Part shown: piece by piece, positions 50,936 to 63,313 of the stretch
How positions within the stretch are numbered: the first letter of the stretch is position 1
Layout: every line of letters begins with the position of its first letter
DNA from: Dendrobates tinctorius
Lineage: Eukaryota
Direction: 5' to 3'
NCBI RefSeq assembly: GCF_039654945.1
Contig: NW_027361707.1
Span: forward strand, 55,738,001-55,802,000
Length of the DNA stretch: 64,000 nt
Position numbers and translations under genes: made by a program
Notes under the pieces: model-generated
The model's input: only the letters and a program-made list of their open reading frames with translations
What the model was told of the DNA's origin: nothing
Databases searched by the model: none

Positions 50936-53309
50936 ACACCAGGGGCGGACACAGACTGTAGTGGGCCCCTGTGCAAGAAATTTTTCGGGCCCCCCCAACC
51001 CTGTGTGAGGAGCGTACACCGCTATACGGTCTGTGAAAAAATGAATGTTCAGTAACTCACCAGGACAAAGTAATAAAAGTTGGAGTTCTTTGAAAAAAGC
51101 AGTTTGAACAGCAGTGTGCACACAGCAATGCAGCTAGCAGGTAGCCTTACAATGCAGCCTAATCACCACCAGCGCTGCTGCACAAAAGCAAAAATCCTCC
51201 CCTTTCACTGCACACTAACTGTACAGTGAAAAGCGCTATCAGCAGAAGCAGTTTTTTTTTCTTCCTCCCTGCCTAACGCTCTCTCTATTCAGAATCAGCA
51301 GCACCACCTCTCCCTATGCTAAGATCGGCAGAAGTAAGATGGCGGTCTGCGGTCACAGCCTTTTATACCTACTGTGATGCCACACAAAGCCAGCCAATCA
51401 CTTCAATGCCCTTCTCTAAGATAGTGGTGGCCGCTGCCTATGTCATCGCATTGCCCACAGTGTGCGTCCTCCATCATTGGCTGAAAAAAGGCGCTGGAAG
51501 CATCATTTGAAATGCGACTTTGGCGCTCGGGTCGCCAACATCATGGCCAACCTCACGCTATGGTCGAGTTTCGTTTCATGAAACCCGACTTTGGCAAAAG
51601 TCGACGATTTTTTAAATTGACCTACCCGTTTCGTTCAACTCTAATGATGACGACTTCCGCCTGCGTCTATGCATTGCTAGTCGGCGCCAGCGGGACGTCA
51701 ATGAGGAAAAAATGGCCCAGGACATTCGAGCGCGATCAGCGATATCCAATGGGGGGGCCTGTCACAGGTACATGTCACGCAAAATGAGATCCCTAGTGGT
51801 ATCGCTGTTGCATCACAAAATTGGTGATGCTTTAGCGAGATCGCTAGCGATCTCGCTATGTGTAAAAGGCCCTTAAGACCTCCTTCACTGCTCCACATTC
51901 ATACATTACCCACCAAATCATCTCCAATACTTCTCCCAAGTATCCCCAATGCTTAGGAATTCTGGGCTCCAACATGTTCGATTACACACCACATTCTGAA
52001 CCTTCAGATTTAACTTGAAAAAACATATCTTCAAGAAGGTTTACAGCCTGCAATGATCTCACTACCAGCTCACCACCACCAGAGATGCCGCAACCCTCCA
52101 ACCATATTACCTATTTCCAGATTACCATGTAGACTGTAAGCCCAGGGCAGGGTCTTCTTCCCACAGTACTGTTAGTGTTAGTTTGTTCATTGTAATTTTT
52201 TTTTTTTATTTTTCAAGCAACCCTTTCTCATGCATAGCACCATAGAATCAAGGATGCTCTAAACATAAATAAATAATAATGTAGAGATGTAAAGCATGGT
52301 GTCATATTGCTTTTTTGCCTTATTTTTAAAGGGAATGCGTCATCGGAAAATGTTTGAGTTAAATTTATTTTTTTTTTTTAATTTTGGCAATTTTTTAATT
52401 TTCATTTTTTTTTAAATGACAGATAACACCTTTACTCATTGCTGATATAACACAGAATGCACCATTCACATATGTTATGTCACAGCTCCTCCTCCCTTCA
52501 CAATGATCTCATTAGTCAGTCTTTTGCTGCTAATGTAAACGTCAAGTTTCTAAAAGACTAGGCTGTATGATTTTGACCAATTACAGAGGCCAGGTTAAAA
52601 CTGCAAGATTTCTTTTCTTTTTTTTTTACAGATTATTGTATGAAAAAAATAATAGCAAAAACACATTTAATACAAAAATCTGATTTTTCTCTATGAAAAC
52701 CTGCTTTGCGAACACTCTACGTTGTGCGATTTGGAAATAAAAGATTTAATTCCAAACTGTATACGCAGATAAAGCTGTCACTGAACTTGCTCTCTTCATT
52801 ACTGTGTTAGTTTACCACTTTTTTGTCCAGCGGACACCTTTTAGAGGGAACACTTCTTGAAATAATTAATAAGCAAACACTTGATGTCTTGTACATTTAA
52901 ACTGAAATGGAGTAAACACATGTTATACGACAGTAAGGTTTTAAGGTAACCATTTTAATGATTAATGAACATAGAGGAAAAGAACATACTGAATAGAGAG
53001 AGAAAATCAATTACTGTCTTTTCTTACAGTACCAACTAAATTACTAACCTTCGTGCTATGTATCTAAATTTACACTAAATCAAATTGTATTGGCTAAAAT
53101 ATTATTCTAGAAATTATTTACTTTCTTGTATTTTTATTTCTATTTCTTTTAATAAAAATAAATACAGCATTTTACCCATCTGAGCTGAGTATTTATCATG
53201 AGCCATTGCCATTGAAGAGGATTTCCATCAAAATTGTCAAATAGGCCACTTAGTTGTGAGTCAGAAAGTTGAAACGTAGCTAATGTTTAGTTGTTTTATT
53301 TTTTAATGG

Positions 53310-54090
53310 CCTTCAGCTCGATCTCGAGCCATGGCGGCTTGATGGATGGATGATCTGTAAGAAGATCGATCTTGTTCATGCCTAGATAGTTCCATTAGAG
53401 TTTTCGCTGCCTTTATCTTGATAGTATCAAGCCATCAGGTCGCTGGTGTTCCTCTTCGCCTTTTCCTTCTATTCTTCCAACCATGATATCCTTCTCCAGT
53501 GATGTGTCCAAAATAGACAAGTCGTAGCTTGCTGATCCTTGCTTTGAGTGACATATCTGGCTTGATTTGTTCAAAACTGATTTTTTTGTTCTTCTTGTCA
53601 TCCATGGTTTTGATAATATTCTTCTCCAGCATTACATTTCGAGGGTGTCAATTATTTTTCTGTCTTGTTTCTTTATCATCCAGGTTTCGCATCCATATGT
53701 TACCACTAGTGATGATTGAGTATACTCGTTGCTCAGGTCACCTCGAGCATGATCAGGTGTCCTCCGAGTATTTTGGCGTGCTCGGAGATTTAGATTTCGT
53801 CTCCTCAGCTGCATGATTTGCGACTGCTAGACAGCTTGAATACATGTGTGGAATGCTTGTTAGGGAATTCCCACATGTATTCAGCCTGTCTACAAGTCGC
53901 AAATCATGCGGATAAGGCGACAAAAACTAAATCTCCGAGCACGCCAAAATACTTGGAGGACACCCGAGCAACAATGCTACTTGCCCATCAATAGTTACCA
54001 CAGAAAAGGCGAAACTATATATGTGCCATGTCTTCATCACCAGTGAAATGTTCTTCTGTTTGAAGACCTTGTCCAATTATGTCATTGTTG
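53310..54090 (-). mobile_element. RTE-type LINE 3' fragment
   Basis: Minus-strand frames give VVTYGCETW...LEM*CWRR, KLRLVYFGHI and LEKDIMVGRIEGK..RRGTP, typical of the RTE ORF C-terminus. Confidence 0.8.
53707..53993. mobile_element. hAT MITE inserted in the RTE fragment
   Basis: TAGTGATG...CATCAATA with perfect 8-bp TSD GTTACCAC (53699-53706, 53994-54001). Internally palindromic. Confidence 0.9.
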
Positions 54091-54393
54091 ATTTGATTTT
54101 ACTTTCACTTGAATAGACATTGACCGTTTTTAATGAAATGTTACGTTACCAATCACAGGCCTCATATTGACCTCAGCACTGGAATAAAAGACTAGTGGAC
54201 CCAGTACCAGGGAACACGGAGAACAAGGGAGCAGGAGAGGTGGTGAAGGCAGCCTCCATTTTGCTGGATTTGTGTAATTAAAATCCCCCAAAAAATTTGT
54301 TTTGAAATTTTTTCACTGAATAATGAAAAATATATTACAAAATTTGTTTCAAATGTGACTCGTTAGTAATTAATTTGCTCACCTCTACTTGAG

Positions 54394-55275
54394 TGTTAGG
54401 AGTTGAGTTCCTGTGTCTGCTCTGCAGGAATCCAGACCCTTACATTCTGCGGTATTTTGCTCTTTATCTACCGCAAAGGAGATTGCCTTGCAGCAAATCT
54501 CTCCAGGGGCTAAGTCCCTTTGTCCTCCTACTGAGCATGCTCATGAGACGGTTTCCCATTGGAGATCGGGAGTCATGTGCTCAGATCCTGCTCCAGATCT
54601 CATTGGTCCATCTTGGAGATCTGGAAGCTTCCAGAAGGCCCCGGCTGCTATAAAAAGCGCACATGGCCATTCCGCCATGCGCTAGTATAGACCATATTGC
54701 TATGTGTGAATGGTGACGGATGTATGATTCTGGTGACTGACTTATTATGAAACCCCTTCCCTCTGATATTACGCATGTGGATAGGGAATTAGTTTAGCAG
54801 TCAGTGCCAGTCAGTGGCAAGCCTTAGGCCACTGTGCACACCGCACCTCTGCGCTAGCGTCCGACATAGCACCTTCTTTCTAGCTGTGTCATCCAGCAGC
54901 AGTCTCCTGCACTGCGCTGCAGTTGCAGCCCTTCTTGGCGTTTGCAGTAGCGACGCTGCACACAGGGTAGGTCTAGACGGATGCAGCCCCTCTGTCTTAG
55001 TTCCTGCTCCTGTGACCTTATACCGTGTGTGCATTTACCTGAGGCCTGTGACTCTAACAGGCTCAGCCTTTTGTATGTTTTTGTTGCGGCACCTCTGTGT
55101 GTGAACAGAGCCCGCTCTGCGCACTTCGGGTGAGGTTGAACCCGTGCGCATTATATCGCCATATTGCTCGTCTGCCATTACCTAGCAGCGGTGTAACACC
55201 TATTGCACGGTGGACCCCGAGCGGTGAACGCACTTTATTATTATTTTTATTTAGTGCGTTCCGCCGTTCCTAACA
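54394..55275 (+). mobile_element. Solo LTR, 882 bp
   Basis: TGTTAGGA...TCCTAACA termini, 5-bp TSD TTGAG/ATGAG, and TATAAAA at 54649-54655. Confidence 0.8.
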
Positions 55276-56832
55276 ATGAGGCCATATCAATTAAATGTAA
55301 AAATGTCTGCATTAAAAGCCGAATTTGAAATGAATGGATAAAAATGTGAGAGTCTTAGATATGACAGTCAAGTTAAAGGTTGATGTCCTGTCTGAAACAG
55401 AATTGACATGTCGTGAAAATGACATGACTCTGAAATTGATTGATAGTCTGAGAGACAAGTGACAATGAGGTGTTGTGGAGTAAGAACAGAAAAGAGTTGA
55501 ACATAAGAGAATGAAAAGATTTTTAAGCATGCAAAAAAAATTCATCACACAAGCAGCTTGGAAAATTAGTTTTGTTATGAACTTGATGCTGGGCTTTTTT
55601 TTCTTGACATCTGGTGGTGGGAGTATTTGGAAGGGTTTTCACTGAAGATAGACTGCAGCTGAAACAAATTAATTAGGAAATAAGAAAAAAAAGCCGTAAT
55701 GTGAACATCAGAAAGTCTGCAAAACCCTATGTTTCAAATGCAGTGAACTAAACATCATAAAATAGTAGAGAAATGTTATTTAAACTTAAATGGTTCTTTA
55801 CGCTATCTTTTTTAACTTTAAAAGGTATCCAGCATGGGCAAAATATAAAAAATAATGGTAGCGAATAACCAATAGTACAAGCAATTCTAAGAATATTTAT
55901 CAGAGAAATATGCTTCTTTCTCCACTTATGAGCCACTTTGTCTTCTTTCCTCTGCCTCCTGAACTCATTATTAATTCTAAAGGCTCACTTACATGACAGT
56001 ATAAGTTAGATGCTTGCTATTCAATGTTTTAATGTTATTTCTATGGTGAAGGGCATGAGAAAAAAATTGCAGCATGCTGGGGGTTGATCCGCGGATCAGA
56101 TTACACAAGTGTATGAGTGTGTGCATAATATTGGACTGCACTCAGATGTCCTTCCAGAACAGTCCAATTTCTGCAGACAAAAACAATGGAGAAATTAAGT
56201 TTTCCATCTTCTCCATACCTGTGTTCTGGTTTTCTCTTGTCACAGAATTGGATCACACTATGCTGATACTCAGCACCTGTTCACACTTGTTTTAGTCTGT
56301 TCACTGGTACTGGACAGTTTTTTATCCTTTTTTAGCATTCTGTTGGAGGTTTTAGCTGCCTCCTTTAATGACTGAATACTCCTCCCATCAGCCTAAGCTC
56401 TCACACATACATGAAAAAATGGACACGGTGTCTTCAGTGTTTGGAATCAGTGTTTGGTCCGTGTTTCTGTTTTTACCATGAATGTGTAATCAGTGTTTTT
56501 GATGGAAGGATAAATACACAAATGAATGACAAAGCTCATGCTATAGTGTATGATGTTACAGACAGCACATGGATGGCACATGGACTTAAGTTGACACTTT
56601 TCATCCATCATACCAGAGAAAAACAGACATGTCTAAGTGAGTTTTGCATGGACAAGAACGTGTGAAAACACCATAGATTACAATGGGTGATTTCCATGGA
56701 AAAAACGGATAGAACATGTATGCCCAGCATTGACGTCTGAATAAAGCCTAAGTCTGTTTTTATGCAATGCTGGCTCTACCTGCCCTTTAAACTTGTAGGC
56801 TTTCAGCTCTTTAGAGGACTGTTTGATAAATA

Positions 56833-57930
56833 TTATAATAATATGATAATGCATTTTATTTCTATAGCGCAGGCATATTCCGCAGCACGTCACATTTTAG
56901 AGGGGACATGTACAGACGATAGACATTACAGCATAACAATAATCACATAGATCATAACAGATATCAAGAGGAAAGAGGGCCCTGCTCGCAAGCTTACAAT
57001 CTATGAGGAAAGAGGTAGACACGAAAGGTGGGTGGTAACAGTTGCCCTGATTGTATGGATCAGCCATAATGTTAAGTGTGTAACAGTACAGACACAGAGG
57101 GCTAATGGATGCATAAAGCATGTGGGAACATGATGCGGGGAACCTGGTTATGGTAATACTTTTGGCTGTGCCACCCAGGGATAGATTAGGTTAATATGTT
57201 GAGGCGGTAGGCCAGTCTGAATAAATGTGTTTTCAGGGCACGCTTAAATTTGTGGGGATTGGGCACTAATCATATTGACCTGGGAAGTGTATTCCAAAGA
57301 ATTGTCGCAGCACGTGTAAAGTCTTGGAGACGGGAGTGGGAGGTTCTGATTATTGAGGATGCTAACCTCAGGTCATCAGCAGACCAGAGGGCGTGGATAG
57401 GGTGGTATACTGAAGCAAGGGAGGAGATGTAGGGTGATTCTGAGCCATGGAGGGCTTTGTGGGTGAGGGTAATAAGTTTATACTGAATTCTGGAGTGGAT
57501 GGGTAGCCAGTGTAATGACTGGCACAAGGTAGAGGCATAGGTGTAACGATTGGTGAGGAATATGATCCTGGCTGCAGCATTCAAGAAAGATTGGAGGGGG
57601 AGAGTTTGGTAAGAGGGAGACCGATTAGAAGAGAGTTACAATAGTCGAGACGAGAATGAATAAGAGAAACAGTAAGAGTTTTTGCGGAGTCAAAAGTAAG
57701 AAAAAGTCGAATACTAGAAATGTTTTTGAGGTGTAGATAACAAGAGCGAGCTAGTGATCGAATATGGGGGGCAAAGGAAAGCTCGGAGTCAAGTATGACC
57801 CCAAGACATCGGGCATGTTGCTGGGGAGTAATAGTGGAACCACACACGGAAATGGCAATGTTGGGTATAGGTACATTAGTAGCGGGAGGAAACACAAGGA
57901 TTTCAGTCTTTGACAGGTTCAATTTCAGAT
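56833..57930 (-). mobile_element. 5'-truncated L2 LINE (young family)
   Basis: ORFs 57581-57922 (NLSKTEIL...ARCLGVILDSELSF...SRLDYCNSLL) and 57270-57584 (NAAARIIF...LHWLPI) are the L2 ORF2 C-terminus. AAT-rich tail. Confidence 0.92.
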
Positions 57931-58393
57931 ATATAACTTTTCATGGCTGGTGGGCTTTCATGAAATCGCCAAATTATGCCCTAGGTACCTTCATTTTTAT
58001 TAGCATATCCTACTTAGCAGTTCAAACTCCATATATTCAATGTTTCAATTCATCTTAGCACTTACATAGGCTGCTGTATTATTTTGTTTGTATATTATGC
58101 AGTCATAGCAGTTTGCACCTGTTCACATTTGACAGGTGCTCATTAGTTTTTTTTTTTTTTTTTGTAGTATACTGTGGTTGGTGGTGACTGCCTCCATATG
58201 TGGCTGAGCTCCTCTAATCACCCTAAGGCTGTTTTTATTAGTGCTGGATGCTGCCTGCCCTTTACATTTATAGGCTTTTAAAATAAAACAATATTCGTAA
58301 AGCACAACATATGTGACCAGGCTGACAACACAACCAGAAAAGCTTTTACATTGTTCACCATGCATATAAATGGTGAAAAAATTGGAGTGGTGG

Positions 58394-58437
58394 GTACCGC
58401 TTTGAGAAAGCAGGTAAGCGAAACGCGCGTCAGGGAC
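58394..58437 (+). ncRNA. Minimal hammerhead ribozyme-like motif (U3-A8 core variant) in a Penelope-like remnant
   Basis: UUGAGAA-A-GC-AGGUAA-GC-GAAA-CGCGCG-UC-AGGG, with a palindromic helix III and a GUC triplet. Helix I is imperfect. Partial direct repeats 57940-58090 and 58873-58968 flank it. Confidence 0.55.
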
Positions 58438-59995
58438 AGCAAGGAGGGTTTCTGTGGTCCAGACATGCTATGGGTAAGCACCAAACCATCTATACTATGA
58501 ATTCACTGAGAATGCATCACTCTTTCTAGTTAATTTGTTGTCTATCGGGGGCAGTACTGACATTTGATAGTTTCTTTCTGACTAGTCTTTACTAAAAATA
58601 TTGTGGCTTTCCTAAATTGTTTTCCCATGTCCTATTGGACTTTATCTTCTCCCTGCATGTTTCCAAGTCTCCTCCGTATGTAAATTTGGATATCCTATGT
58701 GGCTTATATATATGTATGTAACTTATTTGATAGGATTTTATTAATTTGGTATTTTTATCTTATACTTCTGTTTGGTTGTTGATGGTTGCTCCAATATTTC
58801 CGGTGTTTCATTTGTAGGTTTTTAGTATGTTGGATAAATATTAGGTTTGGGTCCCATCAAAGAACGGTTGCCTTTTCATGACTGATAGGCTCTCATGAAT
58901 AGTCCAAATTTCTTATATTCAATACTTGTATTTTTGCACGTACACAGGCTGCTGTGTTCTTTTGTTTCGATCTCACTCTCACTTACCTATCATGTCTACA
59001 TATATGTCTCAAGAATAAGCAAAAATAAAGATGAATTCACGCTTCACAGCTGCAGAACAATTAACAATTAATGTATGAAGAATACAATATTCAAAGGAAT
59101 ATAAACCCCTTTGTGGTCAAAATGCTCTTTCATTGAGTTTCTCAGCGATGTTAACATTTCCTATTGACAGTACTATCTTGTCCTGCGTCATTATGGATTG
59201 TCATGTTCAGTGATGAATCGTTATAATGGTTTATTAAAAAGTTGCAAGAAAGCAGGAAATCCTTTGTGCATTTTCATTGTTTTAGATAAATATAAACTAA
59301 AAGGCACGATTATCATGGGATGGCGAGAGCACTAGGTAATGCATTTATATCTTCCTAACAACACCACACATTGTTCAGTTTATTAAGCTTCTAAAGATAT
59401 TTTATTCCCAGGTTAATGTATCTTTCCCCAATTGTACAACATCACAAAATTTGTTTTGTTTGGAGAATTAATGCCTCAATTGTTTTATGTGATATAGTTG
59501 TAATCCTATCTTTATTGCAATTTACGATTATTATTTAATTACATTTGTAGTTCTACTCACATATGTGTTGTGAACTGTGACCTCTGATCATAATGATGCT
59601 ATGGTCGATTTCTCATATAATGAATCCAGGCAGTGCTGGATGACTTCATTGACACCGACCTGAACAGTCAGGGTTCTGTCATTTAGACAAAAAAAATCTA
59701 TTCTTGTCATTAAAGGGTTATTCTCAAAATAGTGAGTTATCCTCTATCAATAGGATTACATAAACAGGACTGTACATTATCCCGTCTTGAATGGAGCTGA
59801 GCTGGGCATGTCTGACCTTCGTTCCACTCATTGTCTATGGGATGGCTGGGAAAAGCTGAGTTTAGTACTTGGCTTACTCTGTCAATCATAAATATAAATG
59901 GACAAAACACAAGAGAAAAGCAAAATAAGCCAATACCATGCAGTAAAGAAATAAATAACTACAGTGCATGAAAATAACATAGGGTTCTTGATTAA

Positions 59996-60430
59996 AGGGA
60001 ATCTGTCACCGGAAATTTGCGGGCTATGTAAATGCCCTGCATCCGGTCCGATGTTTCTTCTTTTTTTTCCACCCCATCCGTGGCCACCGACCGTGATATT
60101 TTCCGGAATTAGAGTAGTTCTCCTTCATATTTCGCGCGTGCGCAAAGCAATCTTGCCTTGCGCACGCACAGTATGCTTTGCCCAACTGTGGGCAAAGCCA
60201 AAAATCATTCCTGCGCATGTGCTGGTCCACTATGTCCCGGAACACAGCGAAATACTTTCGGGACAGAGTGTACCGGCGCATGCGCAGTAATGATTTTCGG
60301 CTTTGCCCGCAGTTGGACAAAGCATACTGCGCGTGTGCAAGGCAAGTTTGCTTTGCGCACTTGCGAAATATGGAGAACTACTCTAATTCCAGAAAATATC
60401 ACGGAGAGCAGCCACGGATGGGGTGGAGAA
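59996..60430. mobile_element. T2/Kolobok-type MITE fragment with a ~175-bp-arm internal palindrome
   Basis: TTAA-AGGGAATCTGTCACC start. 60069-60240 is inverted relative to 60255-60426. Confidence 0.7.
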
Positions 60431-60439
60431 AAGAAGTTT

Positions 60440-60848
60440 TCTTGGCGGATCCGTTTTTTTTCCCATTGAGTTGCATTACCGGCCGATCTTGATGGATGGC
60501 CATCCATTGGATCCGTTTTTTTGCGGATCCACCAAAATTTTGACGTCCGCCGACATGCCCGAACGGACCATGCAACGTTTTTTCGGGCGGCAGGATCCGC
60601 ACTTCTCACTGCGCATGCCCGAAAGACTTCACTCAGCTGGAAATTTAACCCTAAACTCTGTTCTGGCGGCTGAAAAATGTCTCTCTCTCTCCTTCCCCAG
60701 GCAGCGGTTCCTTTAAAATTCTTCCTTTAACGGATCTGTTAAAATAACGGTCCTGTAACAAATGTTGTGGTCAGTACAGGAACGGATCCGCTATCCGCCA
60801 TTTTAGCGGATTTTGACTGAAGAAAAAAACTGATGTGTGAAACAGGCC
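60440..60848. mobile_element. Partial Harbinger-type MITE (family of 5609-6092)
   Basis: CGGATCCG motifs, ends GTGTGAAACAGGCC-TTA. The other TIR is missing. Confidence 0.65.
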
Positions 60849-63313
60849 TTAGTGGCCAGTGTGGCATACAGGCAGCTGTAGCACTAAACAATGAAGCAAT
60901 GCTTACCCTCTGTTTCAGGGCTCTGTTCCTTCTGCTCCAGCTGTTTGCACTGGCTCAGGAACTATAGGACATCTGCAGTCAATCAGTGGCCTCAGCAAAC
61001 TGAAGGTATACACCACTGTGGCCAGCAATTGGTTGCAGACATCCAATAGGGTATACGGTCTGCGAAGTTTGCAGTCAATATACAGATCGGTGGAGATTGC
61101 AGACAGACCTGTGGGGAGCGGTAGGGATGCATGATTGGAGCACAGGTTAAGTATTGGTTTCGTATGTGACTGCTACTGATCCCTGTTTGCAGCATCTTGC
61201 GTATCTTGAGCAACCTACTTTTAATAGGAAATATACACGTTTTTAAAGAAAATGTTTAGATATGAATTGGATCAGATTATAAACAGGGATCACTTTAAAG
61301 AATAATATGATGAAGGAGTTTCTATGCATTTATTAGTTGATGATTCAATGTCTGTCTGGGCATTTTACTAACAAGCAGAGAAATACTACCCTTTGGCATC
61401 ATCCCTTAGAACAAATTGTACTTTTTACTGTTAATAAACGTTTGCCAGTTTTCTAAATAATTTGAACTATTGTAAAGAAATTAAAAAGGAAAAAAAAAAT
61501 GGAGGTGAGAAAAACTATGAAAAACGTTTGCTCGTCTCAAACTTTTGATTTTGCAAGACAACATTGTAATGATGATAATGTAGAAGTAATATATTGACAA
61601 AATGTAGCATTATATACTTAGGGCCCCATACACATTAGACTAACATCAGTTAAGCTCATCAATAATGATGAGTTTAGCCTAAAGTTTAATCTTTGCCATG
61701 GTCCAAGAATCTCTCCCGTCAAAAGAACAAGTCAATGATTTGCTTGCTATATTCAATTTAAAACTATTTATCCTTTCGTTGTAAGGGAGAAGGATGCGCT
61801 GTCTGGCAGCATCTCACCAATAAATAACACAGAAATGCTTGGCAGAACAATTGATCATCATGTTTATGGGAGAATCGCGTGAGATAACTTATGGCTGTGT
61901 GAGAGCAGGAGTTTTTTTTATCAATCAGGACTCCATTTTGTTTTTTTATACATGCATCTCTTTTCTTGCAAAATGGAGTCTATGTAAAGAGGGGGGGTCT
62001 TAGGAATTTCTTTGTCTACAGACTTAGAGATAGCGGAGAAGTGAACCCAAAGAAGAGGAGCCACACCTAGACCCAAAAGCTGGGTGTCGATAGTGTTAAC
62101 TGTAGCCAATTAGAAGTATGTATGTTAATGCCAGCACATACTTAGAGATAAGCTGAGCCAATTATATTGTCTCAATGCATGACCATTAAAACCTACATAA
62201 ACCCTGACCAAATGATGCTATATAGGAGTTATGTTCCGATACTAAGTGTGCCAGTGTGGTTCTCTCTCTCTTTGTACAGGTACTTGGATTTTACAATTTA
62301 ATTTGGAGAAGAAGCAATGTCTCAGAATGTCCTACAATACATGGCGATGACAGCTGATTGATCAGCTAGACCATTGTTTAGTTGATAGTTATCTGAAGTG
62401 TATGGGTGGGGGGCTTTAGTAGAGAGTGATTGTTAATAACCTGTCCTGAGTATCCCGGTCTCCCCTCCCTTCTCCTGGGTCTGCTGACCTCTGTTGTGCT
62501 TTACGTTGGATTTTGTAGGCTGCCCAGCATTGATCTCTGACATCATCTCCCTAGACATATTTAAAGCCCATTGACACAGACATGCGTGTCTTGGGATTAA
62601 AATTAAGACTCATAGTCCAATGTTAGGTGTGCTGCACCATCTGTGTTGCTGGTGTTTTATGTTTGTGGATGCTGATTCTGAGATTCCTGGTGAGCCTTTA
62701 CAGTCCTCGCTGCCCATATGCCTTCCTGCTTGCTGAATCGACAACCATAGCCTGTGAGCTCACTCAGACCTAAGGCTTAGATGAGCCTTGGCAGCGATAT
62801 AATTGAATTTTGTATGCAGTTGTACAAGACATCAATTTGTCATTTATAAGAACTTATAGATATGCCAACAACACCATTGCCTACATGACACAAGGAAATA
62901 GTTCTAGAACATGGAAGACAAACAATGAATCCAAAGAATTTCTGGAATGATTTACCTGTCTAATGGCACCTACAATGGATCTACCTTCTAAGTCAACGGC
63001 CGAACCATTTTAGAGTCTTGGAAAATGACTCAATATGTAGGGTCAATGTTCATTTTGTATTTTTTGCTTTTTTTTCTTGGGTTTTGCCTGTGAAATGGCC
63101 ACAGTGTGAACGTGCTATAACACTTTGCATGTATACCAACTCTTGTGCTTCGTGCAAACAGGGGGCTTGGCTCCCTTTTCTGAGCTAAGTATTTCATCTG
63201 TATAGCTTCCCATAGACGGATATCTCAGTTGGGCCCCTGTACTGCTCTACACTTATTCACATGGTAAGGTTTTGATACTAGAGACAGGTGAGGACCATCC
63301 CCATAGATATACT

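Larger units (their letters stand above)
42756..51643 (-). mobile_element. hAT (Ac-type) DNA transposon, ~8.9 kb, composite and defective
   Basis: TIR TAGAGATGAGCG / CGTTCAACTCTA with perfect 8-bp TSD ATGATGAC (42748-42755, 51644-51651). The subterminal GTTTCATGAAACCCGACTTT motif is present at both ends. Confidence 0.93.
42572..51873. mobile_element. PIF/Harbinger-type MITE split by the 8.9-kb hAT element
   Basis: TAA-GGGTCCCATTACA ... TGTAAAAGGCCCT-TAA. The halves 42572-42755 and 51644-51873 match the 1308-1703 family. Confidence 0.85.
33780..52280 (+). mobile_element. Old L2 LINE split into three segments (~33780-35097, 41934-42571, 51874-52280) by nested insertions
   Basis: GVPQDSVLGPLLFSI (35051-35095) resumes after the Tc1 insertion with ...YADDT (41992-42006) and LNVDKTKLII. 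The AAT tail is at ~52265-52280. Confidence 0.8.
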
